DNA of 64,000 bases from Armatimonadota bacterium (GTDB taxonomy: Bacteria > Armatimonadota > SYMT01). Location of the stretch: NCBI GenBank assembly GCA_046292385.1, contig JBKBRF010000032.1:1-64000 (forward strand), written 5' to 3'. Of this stretch, positions 1-9,912 are shown in pieces. The translations under genes and the position numbers were made by a program. Under the pieces are notes generated by a model that was not told where the DNA came from, did not search any database, and saw only the letters and a list, made by a program, of their open reading frames with translations. Within the stretch, counting starts at the first letter, position 1, and each line of letters opens with the position of its first letter.

Positions 1-145
1 ATTCACCGCGTGGCGGGCCAAATCATGCCCCCGCTCCCTGCTTCTTCATCAAGGGAGTTTGTTGCGCACAGCGCAACAAGCGATACCGTAACTCCATCTG
101 CGAAATGTGAGCGTACGGGGGGCGCGCTCGTTCGGAAGCGCCGGC

Positions 146-757
146 TTAAAGGAAGCGGACTTCTCGGAAGCCGAGCAGGGAGAGCTGCTGCCGCAGGGCG
201 CTCTGGGCGTTCTCCCGGGCGGTGGCCAGCACGCCGCTCTCCATGGCGGCGCTGCGGATGCGCTCTTCCGCTTCCTGGCGCACGCGCGTCTCGAGCTGCG
301 AGTCGGCCTTGGAGAAGAGGCCGGTCTGCCGCTCGAAGACCTGGCTGCCGTGGTTGTCCAGCCGGCTGTGGAAGATCTGCGGCTCCGGGAGGCGCACTAC
401 CACCTGCTCCCCTTCCACGCGCACGTCGTGAGACTGGAGGGAGCGGAGGTCGACTCCCGCCACCACCTCGCCGCGGCCGACGAAGAGGATCTTGTCTCCC
501 GCCAGCCAGCTCGGCACCCAGCCGGAGGTGTCGCCGCGGACGACCACCTGTCCGTTGTACCGGCAGGTCTCCAGCCGCTGCAGCGCCTGGACCTGGTCCA
601 GCACCACCGGACCGGTGGCGCGCGCCGCGCTGGTGAAGCCGAGCGGGTTCTTGAGCCAGGCACCGGTCGAGAGCGTGTCCCGCACTGACGCGAGCCCGCT
701 CCAGATCAGCGCGCCGGCGGCCAGGGTAGCGAGGGTGAAGAAAGTGGGTCGCTTCAT
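146..757 (-). CDS. DUF4230-like protein with N-terminal membrane anchor
   Basis: Hydrophobic N-terminus and the motif 'GEVVAGVDL...VVVRLPEPQI...A++SG+L..A+ENA...L' typical of DUF4230. An alternative start lies at 769. Confidence 0.8.
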   Translation of the reverse strand: MKRPTFFTLATLAAGALIWSGLASVRDTLSTGAWLKNPLGFTSAARATGPVVLDQVQALQRLETCRYNGQVVVRGDTSGWVPSWLAGDKILFVGRGEVVAGVDLRSLQSHDVRVEGEQVVVRLPEPQIFHSRLDNHGSQVFERQTGLFSKADSQLETRVRQEAEERIRSAAMESGVLATARENAQSALRQQLSLLGFREVRFL

Positions 758-860
758 AACACTAAGCATGATGCCAGAACGGGCGCGGAAGTTCCATCCC
801 CTGTATTCCCCCTTACGTAAGAGCGAACCAGTTTTAAGTGGCGCAGCCGAGGTGCGCTGC

Positions 861-1205
861 CTACTGGATCCCCCTCCGCTCCAGCCCCACCGAGAGTGCC
901 CAGCGGCGATACGCCCCCGCCACTATCTCGGGCTCAACCGTGAACCACTCTCGCCACTGCTCGTCCGAGATCGGCAGACCGTGGCAGACCTCGTTCAACG
1001 AGTTGTTCACTGCCAGGAAGTCCGGAGAGTCCCGATCCGCATCGGACAACTCCGGCCAGCGGGACAGGGCGTCCTCCAGCTCCGGACGATAGATCCCCAT
1101 CCGCGTGTGGAACTCCCACTCCTCCAACTCCGGCCCGCGGGCGACGAAGACCATCGCCTCGTAGACTGCCGTGCGGAACGGCTCCTCTAATTCAGTCACT
1201 GGCAT
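861..1205 (-). CDS. Small acidic hypothetical protein (possible orphan immunity-like protein)
   Basis: 114 aa ORF with an RBS-like GAGGAG upstream. Carries the motifs EFHTRMG and NNSLNEVCHG. Confidence 0.6.
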   Translation of the reverse strand: MPVTELEEPFRTAVYEAMVFVARGPELEEWEFHTRMGIYRPELEDALSRWPELSDADRDSPDFLAVNNSLNEVCHGLPISDEQWREWFTVEPEIVAGAYRRWALSVGLERRGIQ

Positions 1206-1217
1206 GAGTCGCTCTCC

Positions 1218-2411
1218 TCACTTAGGTCGAGCTCGAAGTCTGAGCCTCAGGACGATGTCGCCCGGCGAGATGGCGTAGGGAAACGGCGTCCGCTGCGGCT
1301 CTCCGCCGTCGTCGACGCCGTCCGGGCCGACGCTGTAGAGCCGCAGCCCGTCTGGGGCTCGGCGCACCCGGATCGGTCCGTCGGAGAATGGATCGCGCGG
1401 GAGCCGCTCGCCGGCGAGAGGGAGACCGGCCTGGTGGGTCAGCGCCGCGAGGAGGAGCGCGAGATAGGCATCACGGGCGCGAACTTGACCCTCCGAATAG
1501 AAGCCGTTGCAAATGTCAGCGAGGAGGTCGCCGGACCGTGGGTCCGCTTCCGGGCCCCACGGTCCAATGGCTCCTTCTCGCAGCCGCGCCTGGTGCTCCG
1601 TGATCAGACGGTACGTTCGCGGCTTGGGGTAGACCAGGAAGTAGGCGCGCCGAAACCAGCGTGGTGCCTGCTCTATCCAGCCCAGGCCGATCTGGTCGCG
1701 GAAGGTGATGCGAGCGCTCAGCAGTGCCTGGCGTTCCTCCACCGCGAGGATTTGCAGCGACGTCGGATACTGCGCCTCCAGCTTCCGGAGCCGCGCGAGT
1801 GCCCGCTGCGCCTGCATGGGGGAGAGGCGCGGGATGACCGACTGAGCACCGCGTACCGCCTCCCGTGTCAACGTGGACGACACACCATTCCCGATCCCAT
1901 CGCTGCCGTTGCCGATGCGGCTGGCGAGCGCGAGGACATCGAGCAAGTGGGCGACCGCAGCATCGGCGTCTCCGTCCGCGCCGGCGACCCGTGCCTCGGC
2001 CAACCATCGGGTCGCAGCCCTCCGGAACCGCGCGAGCTCCGGATTTCCTTCCCGTATCGGGTCGACCACCGCCGGTCGGACGCACTCCAGCTCCAGAGCC
2101 TGACGCATCGCCTCGAAGAGCGGCGCATCCGCCGCGGTACGCCGCAGCTCCCGCCGCAGGACAGCGATCTCGACGCGATCGATGCTCTCCAGCGGAACCT
2201 CCCGCATCGTCCCGGTGAGCCCCAATGCGGCGTTCACCAGCGCGGGGTATCCGTTCTCACGCGGCTCGGCGGGCGCGGGAGGCAGCGGCGGCGGGGGTGC
2301 GTTGGCCCAGCGGAGGTAGAGCGCCGGCCAGAGGATGAAGCAGCCCGCCAGGCTGCCGAGGAGCCACAGGCGCCTGCGGGTGGCGAGGGCGGAGGAAGGT
2401 ATCCGGCGCAT
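1218..2411 (-). CDS. Membrane-anchored helical protein with GspG/pseudopilin-like C-terminus (paralog 1)
   Basis: Single N-terminal TM segment and C-terminal 'DPFSDGP...LYSVGPDGVDDGG...GD'. Confidence 0.7.
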   Translation of the reverse strand: MRRIPSSALATRRRLWLLGSLAGCFILWPALYLRWANAPPPPLPPAPAEPRENGYPALVNAALGLTGTMREVPLESIDRVEIAVLRRELRRTAADAPLFEAMRQALELECVRPAVVDPIREGNPELARFRRAATRWLAEARVAGADGDADAAVAHLLDVLALASRIGNGSDGIGNGVSSTLTREAVRGAQSVIPRLSPMQAQRALARLRKLEAQYPTSLQILAVEERQALLSARITFRDQIGLGWIEQAPRWFRRAYFLVYPKPRTYRLITEHQARLREGAIGPWGPEADPRSGDLLADICNGFYSEGQVRARDAYLALLLAALTHQAGLPLAGERLPRDPFSDGPIRVRRAPDGLRLYSVGPDGVDDGGEPQRTPFPYAISPGDIVLRLRLRARPK

Positions 2412-2426
2412 CGGAGGAGACTTCCG

Positions 2427-3692
2427 TCACTTCCGGGGTGGGTAGAGGGAGCCCCAGAGCAGATCGCCGCGCGCCTCCTTCTTCGTGTCGCGCACCGCCA
2501 GCGGGCGCCCGCCGTCGTCGACACCATCCGGGCCGACGCTGTAGAGCAGGTAGTCGCCGTTCGTGCGCCGGTACCGCAGCGGCTGGCCGGTGAACGGGTC
2601 GGGCGCCAGGCTCACGCCGGTGACTTGCCCCAGCTCCGCCAGCGACTCCGGGTAGCGGCCGCGGCGCTGACGGAACTCCCGCAGAGCCAGCGCTCCCCGG
2701 GCGAGCGCCACGCTCGTCTCCCCACGGGTGAGAGCCAGGCCGGCTTCCTGGAAGACCGGCATCAGGAGGGACGCGAACATCTCCGTAGGCGGCTCGATCG
2801 GCACTCTCTGGACGTACGGCTTCTCCGCCTCCGCGGCCATCCGGTCGAAACCGGAGCTGATCGCCGCGTAGCTGAGCGGCTTCGGATAGAAGAAGAGGAA
2901 CCACCCCCGCGACTCGGTCGATGAGCCGGCGGTGGGTGCCCCGGGGTTGAGCGCAACCTTCCCACTGAACACCTGCGCCAGGCCGGTGAGCGCGGATCGT
3001 TTCTCTTCGCGGAACATGTCCGGGGCGCGGGAGAACTGCGCCATCACCCGGTCGAGGCGCTCCCCGGCGCGCCGGGCTTCGTCGGCGGACAGGTCGCTCT
3101 CCATCCCCTCCAGTGCGGCGACCCCGATGGAGGCGCAGGCAACCGCCACCAAGTGGTGAATGATCCCGCCGCCGGGGCTGCTCCGGCTGCCCAGCTCGAC
3201 CGCGTTGATGGCGCTCTGCGCCGCCCGGTTACTGTTTCCGTCGTGGTCCGCCACCCGTGACTCGGCGGCAAACCGCCGGGCCGCTTCGCGATATCTCGCC
3301 AGGTGTGGGTAAAGCTCTTCGAACCCGGTGGACGGCGGCGTCATCGCGTCGAGCTTGAGCGCCTGCCGCACCTCTTCCAGCGCCGCCCGCTGCGCCGGAT
3401 CCGCCGCGAGCGCGCGTCGGAGTGCCTCCGGATCTCCCTCCGCCGCCTTCGCCAGCGGCGAGTCGCCCTCGCTGGCGGTGAGCTTCATCGCGGCGGCGCG
3501 AAGCCGATCGTAGCCGTTCGGAGTGGGGTAGACGCGAGTGTCCGGCGGGATGGCGGGAGGGGTGTTCGCCCAGACGAGATAGGCGACCGGAATCAGGGCC
3601 AGCAGCAGCAGCGCGGCGCCGCACCCGGCGAGCGTGCGCCGGCGCGAGCCTCGCGGTTTTGAGCTCTCTTCCGTCGAATGCGCAACCCGCAT
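2427..3692 (-). CDS. Membrane-anchored helical protein with GspG/pseudopilin-like C-terminus (paralog 2)
   Basis: Single TM segment and 'G.YPESLAEL...DPFTGQPLRY...LYSVGPDGVDDGG...GD'. Aligns by eye with 1218-2411. Confidence 0.75.
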   Translation of the reverse strand: MRVAHSTEESSKPRGSRRRTLAGCGAALLLLALIPVAYLVWANTPPAIPPDTRVYPTPNGYDRLRAAAMKLTASEGDSPLAKAAEGDPEALRRALAADPAQRAALEEVRQALKLDAMTPPSTGFEELYPHLARYREAARRFAAESRVADHDGNSNRAAQSAINAVELGSRSSPGGGIIHHLVAVACASIGVAALEGMESDLSADEARRAGERLDRVMAQFSRAPDMFREEKRSALTGLAQVFSGKVALNPGAPTAGSSTESRGWFLFFYPKPLSYAAISSGFDRMAAEAEKPYVQRVPIEPPTEMFASLLMPVFQEAGLALTRGETSVALARGALALREFRQRRGRYPESLAELGQVTGVSLAPDPFTGQPLRYRRTNGDYLLYSVGPDGVDDGGRPLAVRDTKKEARGDLLWGSLYPPRK

Positions 3693-3749
3693 GCTCTCCC
3701 CTCTCGTATCTGCGGCGGACGGGCCTCTCCGCCAACCGGGCGGCGGTCC

Positions 3750-3778
3750 TTGACGGCCCCCCGGGGCTGCGTTAGAGT
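3750..3778 (+). promoter_or_regulatory. Putative sigma70 promoter of dinG
   Basis: TTGACG (3750-3755), a 17 bp spacer, then TAGAGT (3773-3778). Confidence 0.5.
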
Positions 3779-3832
3779 ACCGTGGCCCCTCCAGGGCCCT
3801 TCCCCCTCCGGCTCCACCACGGGTTCAACTGC

Positions 3833-5869
3833 GTGCCACCTATAGAACGGATTTTCGAAGAAATCGTCTCGCAGCTTCCCGGGTACGAGGTGCGCCCGCA
3901 GCAGCTCGAGATGGCGCGCACGATCCGGGCGGCGGTCGAGACGAAGAAGCACGCGCTGATCGAGGCGGGGACCGGGAGCGGGAAGTCGTTCGGCTACCTG
4001 ATCCCGGCGCTGGAGAGCGGCAAGAAGACGGTCATCTCCACCGGCACCATCGCCCTGCAGGAGCAGCTTCTCAACAAGGACCTGCCGTTCCTCTCCCAGG
4101 CGTACGGGCGGGAGATCAAGGTGGCGCTGGCGAAGGGCCGCTCCAACTACGCCTGCCTGCGCAAGCTGGACGAGGCGTTCCGCACCCTGCCGCCCTCCGA
4201 CCCGCTGCAGACGACGGTCAACGACCTGATCGAGCTTTCCCACTCCGGCGCCTGGGACGGCGACCGCCAGGAGCTGCCGTTCTCCGTGGAGCCGCGCTTC
4301 TGGCTCGACGCCCTGGCGTCGGACGCGGAGGACTGCCTGGGGCCGCGCTGCCCAAACTGGGGCTTCACCCCGCACCGGGTAGCGCGCGCGAAGGTGGAAG
4401 ACGCGCAGATCATCGTCGCCAACCACGCGCTCTACTTCACCGATCTCGCCCTCGGCGGCGGCGTGCTCCCGCATCACGAGCTGGTGATCTTCGACGAGGC
4501 GCACCACCTGGAGCGGGCGGCCCTGGGCGCGCTCTCCGTGCAGGTGAGCCGCTGGATGGGGAACAAGCTGCTCCAGCGGGTGCAGCGCCGCTTCCGCAGC
4601 GTGCCGCTGGAGCTGGTCCAGGACGTGACCGACGCCGAGACCGACCTGATGGAGCTGGTCTTCCGGCGGGGGCGAGGTCAGTTCAAGATCGAGCGGGACG
4701 CGCCGTTCGAAGAAGCCGCCGGAAAGATGCAGCGGTCGCTGGAGCGGCTCTCCACCTGGCTCAGCCAGGCCGACGTGGGCCAGATGACGCTGCTCGACGA
4801 GGACGCGGCCCAGGCGAAGCAGCGCGCGGAGACGGTGCGGGAGCAGATGACCTCCGTGACGGCCGACCTCGCGCGCCGGTGGGACTACTTCGCCACCCTG
4901 CGCGGCGGCGACGAGCGCGCGAGCTGGATGGTGCTCGACCCAAGCAAGGACACCTACGAGCTGCAGTCGGCCCCGCTCGACGTCGGCAAGGCGCTGGACG
5001 AGCTGCTCTGGTCCAAGCGCACCTGCGTGATGACCTCCGCCACGCTGGCGGTCGACGGCAAGTTCGACTTCCTGAAACGGGAGCTGGGACTGCCGGACGA
5101 GACGCTCGACTGCGTGCTGGGCTCCCCCTTCGATTTCAGCCGGCAGGCGCTGCTCTATATCCCGCGCCAGATGCCGATGCCGAACGACGCGGCATTCAGC
5201 GAGAAGGCGGCGGACGAGATCGAGCGGATCCTGCGGATGTCGCGCGGGCGCGCGTTCGTGCTCTGCACCTCCTACCGCTCGCTCCGGGAGATCTCCCAGC
5301 GCCTCGGCCCGAAGCTCCCCTACCCAAGCAAGACGCAGGAAGACCTGCCGCGCGCCCGCTTGGTGGAGTGGTTCAAGACGACGCCGAACGCGGTTCTCTT
5401 CGCGACCGGCACCTTCTGGGAAGGGGTCGACATCCCGGGGGACGCGCTCTCCTGCGTGATCATCGACAAGCTCCCGTTCGCCAATCCGGACGACCCGATC
5501 GTGCAGGCCCGCACCGAGCGCATGAAGCTCCGCAGCGAGGACTGGTTCGGCGGCTACATGCTCCCGAAGGCGGTGCTCTCGCTGAAGCAGGGCTTCGGAC
5601 GCCTGATCCGCACCCGCACCGACACCGGCATGGTCGCAATCCTCGACCGCCGCGTGCTCACGATGCGCTACGGCGAGATCGTGCTGCGGTCGCTGCCGCC
5701 GGCGCGGCGGGTGAGCGCCCTGGCCGGGAGCCTGGAAGAGGCGCTCGCCGCGCCGGCACAGGCGCCGCGTCCGCCGGGCGGGGAGTCGTGGCGGGGACGC
5801 TCGTACGATGGCGGGTGGAACCCACCGCCGCCGGACCTGGATGCGGTGCTCGGGGAGCCGAGGCCGTAA
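3833..5869 (+). CDS. dinG: ATP-dependent DNA helicase, DinG/YoaA family
   Basis: Q motif (YEVRPQQ), Walker A EAGTGSGKS, DEAH box, FWEGVD and QGFGRLIR. GTG start at 3833 is inferred; the ORF is open from 3782. Confidence 0.92.
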   Translation: MPPIERIFEEIVSQLPGYEVRPQQLEMARTIRAAVETKKHALIEAGTGSGKSFGYLIPALESGKKTVISTGTIALQEQLLNKDLPFLSQAYGREIKVALAKGRSNYACLRKLDEAFRTLPPSDPLQTTVNDLIELSHSGAWDGDRQELPFSVEPRFWLDALASDAEDCLGPRCPNWGFTPHRVARAKVEDAQIIVANHALYFTDLALGGGVLPHHELVIFDEAHHLERAALGALSVQVSRWMGNKLLQRVQRRFRSVPLELVQDVTDAETDLMELVFRRGRGQFKIERDAPFEEAAGKMQRSLERLSTWLSQADVGQMTLLDEDAAQAKQRAETVREQMTSVTADLARRWDYFATLRGGDERASWMVLDPSKDTYELQSAPLDVGKALDELLWSKRTCVMTSATLAVDGKFDFLKRELGLPDETLDCVLGSPFDFSRQALLYIPRQMPMPNDAAFSEKAADEIERILRMSRGRAFVLCTSYRSLREISQRLGPKLPYPSKTQEDLPRARLVEWFKTTPNAVLFATGTFWEGVDIPGDALSCVIIDKLPFANPDDPIVQARTERMKLRSEDWFGGYMLPKAVLSLKQGFGRLIRTRTDTGMVAILDRRVLTMRYGEIVLRSLPPARRVSALAGSLEEALAAPAQAPRPPGGESWRGRSYDGGWNPPPPDLDAVLGEPRP

Positions 5870-5979
5870 CGTGATGTTTGAAGGGCTACACGCTCCAGGT
5901 TTGCTGCGCCGAGTGGCCGTGTCGAACCCGCTCCGGCGGGCAGGCGGCGTGCCGATTGGCAACGTCGACACCGAGGGCG

Positions 5980-6558
5980 CGACCCCGCGCCCTTGTGCCG
6001 GGGGGCAGCCCTCCCGCGACAAATGCCCTCCGCGGCCCTTTCACGCGCCTTCGGCGCTAGCAGGCCGCTCCGGGAGTGCGCACCGCCGACCTCATCCCGC
6101 GCCACTGCCGGGATTGCACCATCAGCTGGGTTCACGGGCTGCCCCCCGGCCCTTCGAGCGAACCCCCCTGCGCCCAGGGGGGTTCACAAGTGGCGCCCTG
6201 CGGGCGCCCTGGTTTCTGGCTGCGATCCAACCGGAACTGCGCTTCCTCTTGAGATTAGACCCCGCAGAGGCTCGGGAGCTAGAAACTGTTGGAGCCCGGA
6301 GGACCTGCCGGAGGCAGGGCTGGAGGGTGCCAGTTGTGACCACCCCCGGGTGCCCGCGTGCGGGCGGTAGGGGTGGTTGCTTGAGCCGGACGGGGCGGCC
6401 CGTGAATCGCCGTCTCGGCGAAGCCGCAACTTACGGACGCGGAGCGCAGCCACACGGGGCGCACGCCCGCAGCAGCCCGCTAGCCCGAAGGGCGTGAAAG
6501 GGCCGCGGAGGGCCTCACTCGCGGGAGGGCCGCTCCGCTCGGTGAGGGCACGGGGTGG
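5980..6558. repeat. Long interrupted-palindrome element, copy 1
   Basis: Homologous to 9913-10470 and 38823-39404. Nested inverted blocks, e.g. 6025-6046 is the exact reverse complement of 6492-6513. Confidence 0.92.
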
Positions 6559-6663
6559 GCCACCGGGGAGATGATGCGGTCGCGAAAGGCGAAACTTTAG
6601 GTCCACGCACGCAGCGGGGCTGCAGAACGAATAGGCCTGAACGTACCAGGCCCGGGAGTCAGG

Positions 6664-7332
6664 ATGGACTGGATCAAAGACCTGTTGTCGAATCTCCACG
6701 GCGAGCACCTGGCGGAATTCATCCGCTGGGGCGGCTATCTGCTCCTGTTCGCCATCGTCTTCGCGGAGACCGGTCTCTTGATCGGGTTCTTCCTGCCGGG
6801 CGACTCGCTCCTCTTCACCGCGGGCGCCCTGGTCGGCTCGGGGCTGCTGAAGGCGCCGGCGCCGATCCCGCAGGATCCGCTCACCAGCATCGTGCTGCTG
6901 AACCTGCTGCTCATGATCGCCGCAATCGCCGGGGATACCTGCGGCTACTGGTTTGGAAAGAAGACCGGTCCCCGGATTTTCAACCGGCCCGATTCCCGCC
7001 TCTTCAAGCGGGAGCACCTGCTCGCCGCGCAGGCATTCTATGAGAAGCACGGCGGGCGCACGATCATCCTGGCGCGGTGGGTGCCGTTCGTCCGCACCTT
7101 CGCGCCGATCGTAGCGGGCGCGGCGGAGATGCCTTACGGCCGGTTCATGACGTACAACATCGTGGGCGGGATCTCCTGGGTGGCGATCTGCAGCCTGCTG
7201 GGTTACTTCCTCGGCAGCATCCCCTGGGTGAAGGCCCACAACGAGAAGGTGATCCTCACTATTATCGCGGTGTCGCTCCTGCCGGTGGCGTACCACTGGC
7301 TGCAGGAGCGCCGGCACGCGAAGAAGTCCTGA
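6664..7332 (+). CDS. dedA: DedA/VTT family membrane protein
   Basis: FAETGLLIGFFLPGDSLLF and ARWVPFVRTFAPIVAG motifs. Confidence 0.92.
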   Translation: MDWIKDLLSNLHGEHLAEFIRWGGYLLLFAIVFAETGLLIGFFLPGDSLLFTAGALVGSGLLKAPAPIPQDPLTSIVLLNLLLMIAAIAGDTCGYWFGKKTGPRIFNRPDSRLFKREHLLAAQAFYEKHGGRTIILARWVPFVRTFAPIVAGAAEMPYGRFMTYNIVGGISWVAICSLLGYFLGSIPWVKAHNEKVILTIIAVSLLPVAYHWLQERRHAKKS

Positions 7333-7343
7333 CGAGAGCGGAG

Positions 7344-8186
7344 ATGGCAGAACGCAAGCCGGTGACGGCTCCGGAGCTCGTGGCGATGAAGAGCCGCGGC
7401 GAGAAGGTGGTCGTGGTGACGGCGTACGACTATGCCGGCGCGCTCTACGCCGACCGTGCCGGCGTCGACGCCATCCTGGTGGGCGACACGCTCGGGATGG
7501 TGGTTCAGGGGCACGACACCACGCTGCCGGTCACGCCGGACGAGATCCTCTACCACGTGCGGGCGGTGGTCCGCGCCAGGCCCCGCGCGCTGGTGGTGGC
7601 CGACATGCCGTTCCTGAGCTACCAGGTGAGCGAGGAAGAGGCGATCCGCACCGCCGGCCGCTTCATCAAGGAAGGCGGGGCCGGCGCCGTGAAGCTGGAG
7701 GGCGGCGACGCGGTGGTGGCGCTCGTGCGGCGGATGGTCTCCATCGGCATCCCGGTGATGGCGCACCTGGGGCTCACGCCGCAGTCGGTGCATACGCTGG
7801 GCGGCTTCCGTGTGCAGGCCCGCTCCCCGGAGGCTGCGCGCCAGCTCCTGCGCGACGCGTGCGAGCTGGAAGAAGCCGGCGCCTTCAGCCTGGTCCTGGA
7901 AGGCGTGCCGACCGAAGTGGCGAAGGTGGTGAGCCAGAGCCTGCGCATCCCGACGATCGGCATCGGCGCCGGCGTGCACTGTGACGGCCAGGTGCAGGTG
8001 TTCCACGACATGCTCGGCCTCTACGATCCGTTCACGCCGAAGCACGCGAAGCGGTACGCGGAGCTGGGGCAGGCAGTGCACGATGCCATCGCGACCTACG
8101 CCGCCGAGGTGCGCGCGGGCCAGTTCCCGGAGGAGGCGCACAGCTACCATCAGCGCGACCTGGAGGATCCCTCCAAGTGGACGTAG
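7344..8186 (+). CDS. panB: 3-methyl-2-oxobutanoate hydroxymethyltransferase
   Basis: [24 protein letters not shown] and IGIGAG..CDGQVQV. ATG at 7344. Confidence 0.96.
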   Translation: MAERKPVTAPELVAMKSRGEKVVVVTAYDYAGALYADRAGVDAILVGDTLGMVVQGHDTTLPVTPDEILYHVRAVVRARPRALVVADMPFLSYQVSEEEAIRTAGRFIKEGGAGAVKLEGGDAVVALVRRMVSIGIPVMAHLGLTPQSVHTLGGFRVQARSPEAARQLLRDACELEEAGAFSLVLEGVPTEVAKVVSQSLRIPTIGIGAGVHCDGQVQVFHDMLGLYDPFTPKHAKRYAELGQAVHDAIATYAAEVRAGQFPEEAHSYHQRDLEDPSKWT

Positions 8187-9025
8187 CGACCACCGTTTCC
8201 GAGCTGCGGGAGGCGGTGCGGCGCGCCCGCGCCGGCGGCGCGCGGGTCGGCCTGGTGCCGACGATGGGCGCGCTTCACGAGGGGCACCTCTCGTTGATCC
8301 GGCGGGCGCGCGCGGAGTGCGGGCTGGTGGTGGTGACGCTCTTCGTCAACCCGACCCAGTTCGCTCCCACCGAGGACCTGAGCCGCTATCCGCGCGACTT
8401 CGAAGGAGACTGCGCGAAGTCCCGGAGCGCGGGCGCCGACCTGATGTTCGCCCCCGGGGTAGACGAGGTCTACCCGGCAGGCGCCGCCACGTGGGTTACC
8501 GTGGAGGGTCCCCTCACCACCTGCCTGGAAGGCGCGCACCGGCCGACTCACTTCCGAGGCGTGACCACCGTCGTCGCCAAGCTGTTCAACATGGCGCAGC
8601 CGGACCGGGCCTACTTCGGCGAGAAAGACTACCAGCAGCTCCAGGTGATCCGAAAGATGACACGCGATCTCGACCTGCCGGTCGAGGTGGTCCCCTGCGC
8701 CACGGTCCGGGAAGCCGACGGCCTGGCGATGAGCAGCCGGAACCAGTACCTCTCGCCGGAGGAGCGGCGGCGGGCGCTCGCCCTCTCCGGCGGCCTCGCG
8801 CAGGCGCGCGCGCTCTTCGAGAGCGGAGAGCGCAGCCGGGAAGCGCTGGAAGCCGCAGCCCGCGCGCCGCTGGAGAGTGAGCGGGAGATCCGGATCGGCT
8901 ACGTGGCCCTCGCCGACGCGGAGACGCTGGAGCCGGTCGAGCGCGTGGAGCGGCCCGCCGTGTTAGCCGTCGCCGCCCGCGTGGGTACCACTCGCCTGAT
9001 CGACAACACGGTGCTGCGACCCTGA
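8177..9025 (+). CDS. panC: Pantoate--beta-alanine ligase
   Basis: [34 protein letters not shown] and RLIDN. Confidence 0.97.
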   Translation: MDVATTVSELREAVRRARAGGARVGLVPTMGALHEGHLSLIRRARAECGLVVVTLFVNPTQFAPTEDLSRYPRDFEGDCAKSRSAGADLMFAPGVDEVYPAGAATWVTVEGPLTTCLEGAHRPTHFRGVTTVVAKLFNMAQPDRAYFGEKDYQQLQVIRKMTRDLDLPVEVVPCATVREADGLAMSSRNQYLSPEERRRALALSGGLAQARALFESGERSREALEAAARAPLESEREIRIGYVALADAETLEPVERVERPAVLAVAARVGTTRLIDNTVLRP

Positions 9026-9030
9026 ACCCG

Positions 9031-9864
9031 ATGCTGAGCCCACGAGAGATCGACGAAGCGGTAGACCGCGCCCTGGCCGAAGATATCGGTCCGGGCGACA
9101 TCACCTCCCTCGCCACCCTGCCGCCGGATGCCCCGGGGCGCGCGGTCTTCCTGGCGAAGGACACCGGTGTGCTCGCCGGGATGCCGGTGCTGGAGCGGGT
9201 CTTCGCGCGGGTCGATCCGTCCGTCAGGCTGGAGCTGCTCCGCCACGACGGCGAGGACGTGACGCCCGGCACGGAGCTGGCGGTGGCGCGCGGCGCTGCC
9301 GCTTCGATTCTGACCGCGGAGCGCACCTCTCTCAACTTCCTGCAGTTTCTCTCCGGTATCGCGACGCGGACCGCACGGTTCGTGGCGCTGGTGCAGGGGA
9401 CCTCCGCGAGAGTGGTCGACACCCGCAAGACCGTCCCCGGCCTCCGCAGCCTCTCCAAGTACGCGGTGCGGGTGGGCGGCGGCACGAATCACCGCTTCGG
9501 CCTCTACGACGGCGTCTTGATCAAAGACAACCACATCCGCGCCGCCGGCGGGATTACGCCCGCCGTCCAGCAAGCCCGCCTCCGCGCCCACCACCTGCTC
9601 AAGGTGGAGGTGGAGACGGAGACGCTGGAGCAGGTGGAGGAGGCGCTCGACGCCGGCGCCGACATCGTGATGCTCGACAACATGGACCTGGCGACGCTGA
9701 CCCGCGCCGTCGACCTCTGCCGCGGCCGCGCCCTCACCGAGGCGTCGGGCGGCATCAACGAGCAGACGATCCGCTCCGTGGCGGAGACCGGGGTCGACCT
9801 GATCAGCGTGGGCGCGCTCACCCACTCCGTCACGGCGTTGGATATCAGCCTGGACTGGGACTGA
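9031..9864 (+). CDS. nadC: Nicotinate-nucleotide pyrophosphorylase (quinolinate phosphoribosyltransferase)
   Basis: DTRKTVPG, NHRFGLYD, IKDNHI, MLDN, EASGG and ISVGALTHS. Confidence 0.97.
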   Translation: MLSPREIDEAVDRALAEDIGPGDITSLATLPPDAPGRAVFLAKDTGVLAGMPVLERVFARVDPSVRLELLRHDGEDVTPGTELAVARGAAASILTAERTSLNFLQFLSGIATRTARFVALVQGTSARVVDTRKTVPGLRSLSKYAVRVGGGTNHRFGLYDGVLIKDNHIRAAGGITPAVQQARLRAHHLLKVEVETETLEQVEEALDAGADIVMLDNMDLATLTRAVDLCRGRALTEASGGINEQTIRSVAETGVDLISVGALTHSVTALDISLDWD

Positions 9865-9912
9865 GCTGGCGACCTGGCGCCTTTTTGCCAAGCAGCATCA
9901 GCCCCGAGAGCC

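Noticed and set aside
5808..6574. ORFs overlapping the long repeat (also 9885-10541 and 38588-39473) as a protein family
   Set aside because: Peptide similarity switches frames between copies, there are no consistent starts, and composition is low-complexity. The similarity reflects the shared DNA repeat.
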